DNA from: a virus
Taxonomy: Duplodnaviria > Caudoviricetes
IMG/VR virus record: IMGVR_UViG_3300028048_000080
Span: 32,001 to 96,000 of that record
Strand: one strand, 5' to 3'
Length of the DNA: 64,000 bases
Position numbers and translations under genes: made by a program. Below the pieces are notes generated by a model that was not told the DNA's origin, ran no database searches, and saw only the letters and a program-made list of their open reading frames with translations. Below, in pieces: positions 26,401 to 33,176 of this stretch (its first letter is position 1; the number at the start of each line of letters is the position of its first letter).

Positions 26401-27030
26401 GATATTTTTATCTTCCAGGAGGCCAAGCTCTTTCCTGGCTTTTCTGACATCTCTTCTGTTACGGACATTGGATACAATCTTCTGCATGAATTCATAGCGC
26501 TTGGCTATTTGGTTTTCCGAATACTGTGCCCCAAAATGCTTTGTAAACTGGTTTATGGAGTGATTCAATATATCCTGTCGCCAGCTCGCTTGAGCCATGC
26601 TCTTAAATCCGGAAGCGTTAGCCTGACGAAGTTCGCTCATTAGGCCGAATAAATTGCGCTGGTCATACGGATCTAAGTGCAACGGAGCAGTCTTGGCTTT
26701 CTCCCAAGATTCTTCCCACGCACTCTTGCCATCGCTTTTAAGGCGGCGAATATCGCTTATCGTCCAATCGCCGAAATCACGTTTAAATACCGTGCTCTTG
26801 CCTAAACGAGAAGCGAAACGGGCACTAAAATTTAAGCCCCGCGAAATAGCAGGGCTGAGGCCAGATCGATGCGCCAGAACGGTGCCGGCAGCACCGGCCG
26901 CTCCATAATAGGCGTTATCCGTTATGAATTTACTAACTGAGCTAAAAAAGCCTTTACCTTCATTTTCACGGGCTTTGTTTCGCTCAGCCTGTTCCTGTCT
27001 TTGCTTTCTTGCTGCTTCTTCTGGCGTCAT
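20443..27030 (-). CDS. Giant (2195 aa) virion protein, probable tape-measure/ejected protein with degenerate SNase-like domain
   Basis: Directly follows the two tail chaperones (tape-measure position); largely helical, Gly/Ala-rich segments; SNase-like stretch at about 22030-22310. Confidence 0.55.
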   Translation of the reverse strand: MTPEEAARKQRQEQAERNKARENEGKGFFSSVSKFITDNAYYGAAGAAGTVLAHRSGLSPAISRGLNFSARFASRLGKSTVFKRDFGDWTISDIRRLKSDGKSAWEESWEKAKTAPLHLDPYDQRNLFGLMSELRQANASGFKSMAQASWRQDILNHSINQFTKHFGAQYSENQIAKRYEFMQKIVSNVRNRRDVRKARKELGLLEDKNIDTMLRYMRYVDNKQARKKYVDDFSQKLAEQVNESAYNLDRMEKRFGTVRNLSIKDRVTGGRGVSNREILANKDKTSVNHYQVNGENRGTNYSPLDDIEDARLYFEELDKQAGLNKNAKKGTKAYDRYMKESKEQRFLDLTPDADVLRMDARGNMYSLHDSRKFMDELVSSFANTLPGKIFKMREASLDRVMPNIHFAAKGSIDPGLAALSNAADNRKTNVIDSNMLYVMGDWYRVGDDKIELAKEMQGIETEFVSGRFGPRKHMHQQMSGNVRYKKGGNWFTSFFDIGQGRDEFSGFKFAEKYNAWANKGSNLDYFPTAARDMLNPTIEDADILGLQKYDKKLVSDEWLDSYHDRVDVIRDNLRNHTYGIDSLSAERLLANEGKTPARTMLEYLVKDDYESMLELLMQSGDDTYAIGELNDLARKARGNIHSLNSHIVQKVAKEKLNLSTSVLDLPNTEPGNYTEDAKEYLRNLFSREAFAQMARDGSSKPDYAKALDKINAAGLEDAERINAHRLNDLTYLEDALRMSEENSFTREDEWKALRSVSSALSSSNEQMDKQFQEDLANMAAENEHLFDTPYMQADEIANPLPYNQFVTQRKTVHVTDLLTSVTEGRFMDTAKQFGKQFTAGRGNMGDVTNATYVPYFFLSRLSDEMNKVGLGFSKDNMGSATDMLTAMFTKRILPVAVGATYLEWMDDTSEEITGMSMSGAMAQGVAEFDIAGRKVLDTIGLTDWLKGEKAINPIMQYWGDHDDFMNADERREWYQKGYTPVRKGAWWTFGGVNEARGAEISYWEPTFARRIQSDWKDKALYDGYWDKWSHSLLPTPTNPFSPIAGILDPYWLEEKHKEDRPYELTGHMFADGTPWGAVLNPTIGELIKPQKSLNTFLGFDYRNINGVDPKALLYGITQNIKQKARDIGHRNYIQVNGMDFDPVTLDMFDAPTSDTSIASFQFKSGQYGDVDPGVYGVYPLDKMPTGGGGLGKGVKTEKVLDDIGSTHIGFFEAIDYKLFGGPPPKQGSVIATDDKGNGTVITTQKQHVKISAEDKLLYNELVGETLYDELTDMLPRNDVVDGLVHGNMLEDVARGIDPMHSTHAWGELSALASKVNPRRMLASVTASRKAESGKTVSPYGVDEDETMIHGDKLKSYRPSQAMDFLSDPDAVTQLINQTKGAGVVENAAVSWRLISGIYGYALGAATGFGVDDMERIATGQDMTSFSRTFWDENLGGLGGAAAEIARRFVPDYRRGPRNNPLMNTMPDWLPERFRFGDPFTQIQKGEMRLPGKGYESLNELHPDQYGEYGAFDRMKILADIAPFSPEYRLWRDIAKKTITDPALIDEMDEIRDRVNQQGKKHDFYDYKVVGKGLEYQQVVVSEVMGYGKFRSGNRIFKIAGAHLKANAQESAQEVLNRYIHVGETVTVAVDEDEYARKNKDAQGTLNAAVFADGMNIGQEMIKNGDASIRKGDTSAAATLANYGPVQKMVAWGSEYIAHMDIPWLSDQFLRVRSPLESYDAEQVYGTPYQSWEHPINSILMPALERAAHDRSAFTGMLGNVYRFTRDFEGASPWMKHAGAYAFIFGDRGAFIGNVLGNAMGLDERTRMNWSRYGSTAMTLAHAATGGNSYVDEALSMANIGQEVGRFFEKNGKTRAIYGAIGAAAGMLYHGKKNPNGDWIPERTKEKWEMQDYFDRLTYLKYEGLFHAAAEKAKEEEDVDLEDVIELQQEKAEKNQKALSKYKSMKKKLQQNSRPSTQRDELMKKLNAKIADLEGDTMILPGGEWTRTALLYKKAADATMYALDENSSWSQIVTALPTNDREYFMEFVKEVNPDKRNVILNKVSPFLRKALQLAWGQTVDEQEDNETFFAKHELPVANWAGWAPQYDLNNIEVKTIENEAMNLSDFGYYDSQVRDEKVINAPTVNFRGGGRDHNEAAVKNYMEDVLKGAGLKGVDISVEAGPTGGGTTIWAAVKQMMGMRHEQKMVENSLSMQSSY

Positions 27031-27045
27031 CTTCTAACCTCTCTT

Positions 27046-27867
27046 TTACCAGCCAGGACGAAGTGCCGGAGAACGATCATCAACGTCATCCTGAGCAAGG
27101 CCGTCGATACCGCCCATCTCCATAACACTGTCGTTAGCGAACTGCGGGAATTTCTTCAGGAACTCTGCGCGTTCCTTCATTTTCTCCGGGGTGAGCTTAG
27201 ATGCTCGTTCACCGCCCCGAATAGTTTTTCCGCTGTCGTCTTTTTTCTTTTTCCGGGCTTTTTCTTCTTTTTGTATTTGGGGTCTATCCCCCATACCCAC
27301 GTCGTCCGTTCTATAGTGTTCATTGTTTCCACCTGCTACGCCAAATTCAATTCCACGAAGGGAATGTAGTTTCCATTCTGCGCGGGATAAATATTTCGTC
27401 GTCTTCTCGACATCCCAGCGCTCAATCTCTTCGATGTCGATATTAGGGAATGCTTCATTGATAATGCAGGTAATCTGATTATCGATATCGTACATTTCGG
27501 CACGATAATACTCGTGAAGCGTTCTACGATGTTCAACGGAATCCAGGAAGCTTTCTTTCAGAATAGCTTTTTCGAGTTCCGTTGGCACACCGGCAGGCAT
27601 ATCGTCCCACTCAATAGTATCTGGGTCAGGGTACAGCAGACACTGCGAGCAGATGATTTCTTCCTTCTTGTAATCATCGAAGCGAGGGTCCTGCAGTATT
27701 TCGCGGTATTCGCTGCGGCCAATGGCACGATAGAAATACACGTTACCATCGAGCTCAATGCCGAATACGTTACGATACTTCTCACACAAATCTACGTAAA
27801 TCTGTGTGAAGTTTATCGGCGCTTTCGGCTCATCAGCTTCCCGCATAATGCGAATTTTATTAGCCAT
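27046..27867 (-). CDS. Tail assembly chaperone, long (GT-like) paralogue
   Basis: N-terminal half resembles the upstream 118-aa protein (KY..V...YR.I.RSEY...LYP...AG...L...I...S.F). Confidence 0.65.
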   Translation of the reverse strand: MANKIRIMREADEPKAPINFTQIYVDLCEKYRNVFGIELDGNVYFYRAIGRSEYREILQDPRFDDYKKEEIICSQCLLYPDPDTIEWDDMPAGVPTELEKAILKESFLDSVEHRRTLHEYYRAEMYDIDNQITCIINEAFPNIDIEEIERWDVEKTTKYLSRAEWKLHSLRGIEFGVAGGNNEHYRTDDVGMGDRPQIQKEEKARKKKKDDSGKTIRGGERASKLTPEKMKERAEFLKKFPQFANDSVMEMGGIDGLAQDDVDDRSPALRPGW

Positions 27868-27870
27868 GTA

Positions 27871-28227
27871 TTACAGCTCCTCAGACTCCGGTAACGGTAG
27901 GAAACCGGAATGAGCCATAATCTCTTCCGCCAACAGATTGGCAAGGCCGGCCTGAGCTTCCAGCATTTCCTCGATGTTTTCAGGATACAGAACGGACGTG
28001 CGGCAAATACCGAGACGACGATTATCCGTACGCTCGATACGCTTTTCTACTACTTCTTCGTCTTCTTCAGAGATATCCGTTTCGAGCATCAGCTGAGTAT
28101 ATTCACTACGGCGAATAGGGCGATAGATAATAGCGTCATTGCCGTTAGCCGTCTTATAAACATGACCGTATTCAGCTTTCCATTCATCAATCTGTGCCTG
28201 AGACACTGCTTCTTTGTCAATTTTCAT
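27871..28227 (-). CDS. Tail assembly chaperone (G-like)
   Basis: IDEWKAEYGHVYK...IIYRPIRRSEY typical of myophage chaperones; sits between tube genes and the giant gene. Confidence 0.7.
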   Translation of the reverse strand: MKIDKEAVSQAQIDEWKAEYGHVYKTANGNDAIIYRPIRRSEYTQLMLETDISEEDEEVVEKRIERTDNRRLGICRTSVLYPENIEEMLEAQAGLANLLAEEIMAHSGFLPLPESEEL

Positions 28228-28294
28228 GAGTTAGTTCTCTCCTTTTGTCTTTTACATTTTGTAATTTATACTATATCTATTACCAGCTAGTATG

Positions 28295-28972
28295 TTATTT
28301 CTCCGCCTCTTTTACGGCGCTTTCATCTAGCGTCTTCATATCCTTGGCTACGAACTGATACGTTTCGGTAAGAGGAGTAGGATTAGAAGAACTGGCGCCA
28401 GAAACCAGGTTTATAATGCGTACGCCTTCCAAGACCACGTGAGTTTCTCTTAATCCACGCGCGGGTTTACCATATACGATATCGATATCAAAAGTTTGAG
28501 GCCAAAGTTCCTTCGTGTTGGTACCCGCAACTATGCCTCTCACGCTGTCGTCCAAAGCTCCACTCACTTCTCCCAATACACGGTCATGAGTAGGGATGAT
28601 GTAAGAGCTCTGACCATAAAATGCATTTTGTTTAGCAGCCGTTTCCAGTATCTTGAACAGATAGTTAGGGCTGGTAAAGCGTATAGAGAAGGTTCCTGAT
28701 ATCAGCCGCGAACCTACGTGGATCTCGTCCACCGTATAGGAGTTAAATCCGAAGATAGGAAGATTTTGCTGGTTGAGCGACCACTGTATATCGCATACAT
28801 CTTCTACGTATTCATTGCCGAAATATAGTTCAGCGTCTATAGAAGAGTAGTAACGTTTCATAATGGCGTTGGGCTGTTCCTTTATCCCATTGGCCGTCTT
28901 AGTTCGTTTATACCCCGTGACGAATGGCACGTACAGAGGCGTTTTATCCATGTATTTAGTTATGTCTGCCAT
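28295..28972 (-). CDS. Tail tube-like protein (paralogue 3, possible tube initiator)
   Basis: YYSSIDAELYFG...PIFG...GSRLISGTF...FDIDIVYG...LEGVRI parallels the main tube protein. Confidence 0.65.
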   Translation of the reverse strand: MADITKYMDKTPLYVPFVTGYKRTKTANGIKEQPNAIMKRYYSSIDAELYFGNEYVEDVCDIQWSLNQQNLPIFGFNSYTVDEIHVGSRLISGTFSIRFTSPNYLFKILETAAKQNAFYGQSSYIIPTHDRVLGEVSGALDDSVRGIVAGTNTKELWPQTFDIDIVYGKPARGLRETHVVLEGVRIINLVSGASSSNPTPLTETYQFVAKDMKTLDESAVKEAEK

Positions 28973-30746
28973 GATAAATGATTACCTCCATATCCATTTG
29001 GTCACGATAATAACTACGTTCGCCGAGATTGTTAAAAAATACGCGGCCGGAAGACTTGTGGCTATCCACGTCAACGGCGTATACGCAGCAGAAATCGGCG
29101 TTATCTATCCTAGTGCTTATGCCACTATCGCTATCGCTGGAAAGATATTCGCGGGAAACTACGTCGTTAAAAGCATCGTAACGTTCCACGCATAGCACGT
29201 AGCTGGCGCGATTGTTAGGGAAAGTCAGGCGATTTTCTGCGTAGTAAAACACCGGCGGTTCAGGGAAGAAGGTGGAATCATACAGACCAAGTTTCATCCA
29301 ATTATCTTCCACGAAGAATAGTATGTTGCCTCTATCTCCGGCAATCTTTTGATTCTTGATAACACCCAGTATGATTTCATCGAAAACGTCCCGCGGATTT
29401 TTGGAAGAATCCGTACATAATGGTAGCGTAATATCGGCGAATACGTTATATGATTCACCAGCGCCGAAAACTTCGATAAAGCCGTTGAGAAGCTGCTTAG
29501 AGTATTCCGCGAGCTCGACCTGATGCCGTTTTTCGCAGTATTCCTCGACATAATCGTCATCATCCGAAATAGAATAACGAGCGAATTTAGAAACTACGGT
29601 TCCTCGGCTGTCTTTAACGCAGACGATAATTTCGTCGTCCAGCATAGACTGCCTAGTGTCAATCTTCATAACGGGGGAATTAATTAAGAAACGTAAATCA
29701 AAGTTTGCGTCGATACCCAAATCGTTTTCTACTATAGAGAGGTAATACTCATCGGTAGAAGCGGCGAGCATATCGTAATCCGGTATCGTTACAACTAGCA
29801 CGGATGGGTCTAGTCCGCTGGCCACAACTTCCGGACGATCAATCATAATACTGCGCGGCATTGAGGCCCGTTCTTCGATTATGCGCTGTTTGTCCTCGTG
29901 GGTGAGCTCTATTCCAGTATGAGCAAGTTCTGCGTCATCCATCATTTCCACTTCGATAGCTGCGTCAGAATGCTTACTTTGTTCCCAGAGATATGCCAAA
30001 CCAAGCTCATTCAGCTGATAATGATAAAGGCTTACTACGAGTTCCGGGCCGCTATAAAAATCCATTCGATAAAAATGGCCTGGTATGAAGAACGGATGAA
30101 TATCTCCCGGACCAATTTTTTGTGCGTAGACAAAGTTTGGTTTGTCTCCATCGTAAATGAATACGCTCATATGAGTAATGGAAACTGAAGGCGTTATCGA
30201 AAAATCTGGAGCGTAATGGCATACCATTTTGCTTAGATAGCCACGGTTTGCCGCCATAATCATAGTGTTTTCAAAATGTTCGGCTACGTTTATTAGCTGA
30301 TAAAAACTGATTAGCTCGTAATCAGACGGAGACTTTATCTTAGAGAACTCTTTAAGTATCTGATGTGTATAGCTTACTTGCGCGTTATTAATTTTGCCGA
30401 CCAGATTCTTTACGAAATTCTCGTCTTCGCAATCGTGTAAGTAGGATAGTATTTTTTGGAACACTGCTTTATCGCTGTCACGCGTATAATAAAATTCGAT
30501 AGCGGGAGACTGTGCTCCTCCGGGCGCGCTCAACCATACGCTATAACGGCCGGCGCCTTCCGGGAAATTCGTTATGACGACTTCATCCCCTTCTAGGGCT
30601 ATGCTATGCGTAATATCCGTTCCTACGAGAGAATAATTAAGTGTACTATAACCATAATGCCTGCCATTGGCTTTTACGTAGACTGCCGTATTTAATTGCT
30701 TAGAAATTGTCACGGGAAATAAAGATTGTTTTGGCAAGCGTATCAC
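28956..30746 (-). CDS. Hypothetical tail/baseplate-region protein (596 aa)
   Basis: Long ORF, GTG start with GAGG RBS, tightly coupled to neighbours; no recognised motif. Confidence 0.6.
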   Translation of the reverse strand: MIRLPKQSLFPVTISKQLNTAVYVKANGRHYGYSTLNYSLVGTDITHSIALEGDEVVITNFPEGAGRYSVWLSAPGGAQSPAIEFYYTRDSDKAVFQKILSYLHDCEDENFVKNLVGKINNAQVSYTHQILKEFSKIKSPSDYELISFYQLINVAEHFENTMIMAANRGYLSKMVCHYAPDFSITPSVSITHMSVFIYDGDKPNFVYAQKIGPGDIHPFFIPGHFYRMDFYSGPELVVSLYHYQLNELGLAYLWEQSKHSDAAIEVEMMDDAELAHTGIELTHEDKQRIIEERASMPRSIMIDRPEVVASGLDPSVLVVTIPDYDMLAASTDEYYLSIVENDLGIDANFDLRFLINSPVMKIDTRQSMLDDEIIVCVKDSRGTVVSKFARYSISDDDDYVEEYCEKRHQVELAEYSKQLLNGFIEVFGAGESYNVFADITLPLCTDSSKNPRDVFDEIILGVIKNQKIAGDRGNILFFVEDNWMKLGLYDSTFFPEPPVFYYAENRLTFPNNRASYVLCVERYDAFNDVVSREYLSSDSDSGISTRIDNADFCCVYAVDVDSHKSSGRVFFNNLGERSYYRDQMDMEVIIYHGRHN

Positions 30747-30749
30747 CTC

Positions 30750-32330
30750 TTATTGATTTTCAAAATATTTATCTACGTCTTGACGTCCTTTTTGCCAAGC
30801 TTTCTTGAGAGAAGCGTACCACTCCACGTATTGCCCTTGCGTAATGGCTCCGTTTTCTTTCGCTGACAATAACGTATTGCTTAAATTCTGTAGCGTGCTG
30901 TCGATGATAGCCAGACAATGATTCCGCCCTTTTTTTAAATCATCCTCGCTAATTATGAACGCTTGACTATAGTCAGGTTTGTCGGCCGTTACTTCCTGTT
31001 TGCTAGGCGTTTCTTGTGCGGGCAAATCAACGGGCGCTTCCTCTTTCGTGTCATCGTTGTCATGTTTCGGCTTTTCAGCGGCATGGCTTCCGCTCTTAGC
31101 GCCGCCATTGGAATCAACGTTTACCGTCAGATAATCCAAATCTTTAGCCATATACTGGAACGTATTTTCCGTATACATATCCTGAACACTCATAGTCTGA
31201 CCTTCCATGACGAAGGTGACGCCATATATAGCTAGGCGTGATTTGTCGCCGTACTCATTGCACATGGAAATAGTAATATTAATGGGCGGCAACTCATCCG
31301 TGAGAATATGCGCGTTACTGCCAACATGCCGTAAATACTCATCCATCATCTTATGGGCCCAGTGCCGGTCAAATACGGTAAACACCATGGAACCGGCGAT
31401 GGTGCGGTTACCGAATACTACACTCTTCATATTCATGTCGCCTAATACGCGTACGGGCATTTTTTCGTTATACATGGAGTAGGAGATAGTCTGAAGCTCG
31501 CCGACAACATGTGTAATACTGCCTTTCTCGAGAGGAATTTCGAAGATGGCTACCATGTCATGTCCTGAGTATGAAGTATATGTTTTGACATACTGAGAAG
31601 AAATGGTCATATTGGATGGCTTCTGCCAGTCAATTTTTTGCTCTCCTTTAGATGGAAGGCTCGGGGACGATGGAGTAGTATTTTTAGGCGGAGCTTTTAC
31701 CTTGGCGGGGGATTGTTTATTGTTTTCTGGGAGTTTGACGGGTGCCTCTTTTTTGTCCTCCGATTTATTCTCTTGAGGTTTTTCCCCTTGAGGCTTTTCT
31801 TGAGGTTTTTCTTCCTGAGGAGCATTTTCTTGAGGCTTCTCCTGAGGCTTTTCTTCCGAAAGGGGGTCTTGGGGAGGAGCCTGAGGAGGTTTATTTTCTT
31901 CCGGCTTTGTTTGGTTGCCCGTATTGCTGGGAGGAGGGCCGCTAACCACATCGGTATTGTTGGCGTTAGCCATTTCTTCTATAGTAACGCCGTATGCATC
32001 ACCGGCTTCTTTCCAGTAGGCGGTGCTTTCAGCACTACTTAACGGAGTGGGAGTTCCTCCAGCGTTAGCGTAATCTTTTCCTGCTTTTCGCAAGGCGTTT
32101 GTTTTACGGGCTAACATGATATTATATGCTGCCGCATCATAACCATTTTGCCACAACAATTCGCTAGTTATGGCAACATCAGCGCCGTATTGAGCTTGTA
32201 TTTTCTTAATCACGGAGGCTTTGAGTGCTATCCAGCTGGCCGTGGTCTTGGTATAATCTATTTGTGCAGCCCTGAGCGCCGCTTCCGTTTCTTGCAATTT
32301 ATCATTATTTGCCATATCGGGTTTGTTCAA
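30750..32330 (-). CDS. Tail tube-like protein (paralogue 2) with low-complexity extensions
   Basis: YVKTYTSYSGHD..VGELQTISYS..IAGSMVFTVFDR..DELPPINITISMCNEYG, close to the 228-aa tube protein; EKPQ repeats. Confidence 0.75.
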   Translation of the reverse strand: MNKPDMANNDKLQETEAALRAAQIDYTKTTASWIALKASVIKKIQAQYGADVAITSELLWQNGYDAAAYNIMLARKTNALRKAGKDYANAGGTPTPLSSAESTAYWKEAGDAYGVTIEEMANANNTDVVSGPPPSNTGNQTKPEENKPPQAPPQDPLSEEKPQEKPQENAPQEEKPQEKPQGEKPQENKSEDKKEAPVKLPENNKQSPAKVKAPPKNTTPSSPSLPSKGEQKIDWQKPSNMTISSQYVKTYTSYSGHDMVAIFEIPLEKGSITHVVGELQTISYSMYNEKMPVRVLGDMNMKSVVFGNRTIAGSMVFTVFDRHWAHKMMDEYLRHVGSNAHILTDELPPINITISMCNEYGDKSRLAIYGVTFVMEGQTMSVQDMYTENTFQYMAKDLDYLTVNVDSNGGAKSGSHAAEKPKHDNDDTKEEAPVDLPAQETPSKQEVTADKPDYSQAFIISEDDLKKGRNHCLAIIDSTLQNLSNTLLSAKENGAITQGQYVEWYASLKKAWQKGRQDVDKYFENQ

Positions 32331-32340
32331 CTCTTTTCAA

Positions 32341-32381
32341 ATAAAAAATAGGAAGATGAGAAACAAATCTCATCTTCCTAT
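32341..32381 (-). terminator. Intrinsic terminator after the tube gene, overlapping a GGTAATA motif
   Basis: TAGGAAGATGAG / CTCATCTTCCTA 12-bp stem followed by TTTTTT on the minus strand. Confidence 0.7.
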
Positions 32382-32409
32382 TACCATCCGTAGAATATGT
32401 AATTAGTAA

Positions 32410-33096
32410 TTACTTACTGTTGGACATAGGGACAGAACCGGCGTTTTCGATAGTGGAGCCGTTACGGTCAACCGGCTTCATGTATTCAACGCGGCGAGCT
32501 ACGAAGGAGCAAGCCTTCTCGCTCGTAACGTTATCGATGGAGAAGCCGGACTGTTCATCCAGAATCTCAACCGCGTACAGAACAATGGAAGCCTTCTGGC
32601 CATATTCGTTTGCGAACGAAATGGTGATATCGAACGGCGGGATTTCATCAGCATAACGCGGCGTAGCAGCCGAGCTGATATTTTTTGTAATCTGCTGAGA
32701 AGCAGCGTCGGAGAATACGGAGGAATCCGTTTCAACGCCGTTCATAGCGATATCGGTCAGCTTAGCATCCCATTCATCAACGGAGATGCGTTCGTATTCG
32801 AGCTCTTCGCCACCAATACGGTGGAACGTCTGTTCCTTTTTAACGTGTTCTTGCAGGGCGGCCAAAAGTGCGTCCCTATCGAACACCGTGAACACCAGAC
32901 TGCCTGCCACTCCCCGCTTGCCTCTAGAGAAGGAACGCGGCTCCGGGCTACCCATGGTGTAAATGGGGGCCTTCTCTCTTTTGACGGCATAGGTGATAGC
33001 CTGCAATTCCCCGACGACTTTATCGCCGAAAGTTGCTACGATATCGCAGCCGCTAAAAGAGGTGTAGGTTTTTGTATATTCCGAGGATACGGACAT
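32410..33096 (-). CDS. Major tail tube protein
   Basis: Immediately after the sheath; strong codon bias; TYTSFSGCDIVATFG..GELQAITY..GKRGVAGSLVFTVFDR. Confidence 0.8.
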   Translation of the reverse strand: MSVSSEYTKTYTSFSGCDIVATFGDKVVGELQAITYAVKREKAPIYTMGSPEPRSFSRGKRGVAGSLVFTVFDRDALLAALQEHVKKEQTFHRIGGEELEYERISVDEWDAKLTDIAMNGVETDSSVFSDAASQQITKNISSAATPRYADEIPPFDITISFANEYGQKASIVLYAVEILDEQSGFSIDNVTSEKACSFVARRVEYMKPVDRNGSTIENAGSVPMSNSK

Positions 33097-33132
33097 GTTT
33101 TTACACTCCTTTGTGGATATAACTAATAGCTC

Positions 33133-33156
33133 TCCGGCGGAATTATATCCGCCGGA
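33133..33156 (-). terminator. Hairpin between sheath and tube genes
   Basis: TCCGGCGGA-attata-TCCGCCGGA inverted repeat; no clear U-tract. Confidence 0.4.
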
Positions 33157-33176
33157 AAACTAATGGTTTATATGAA

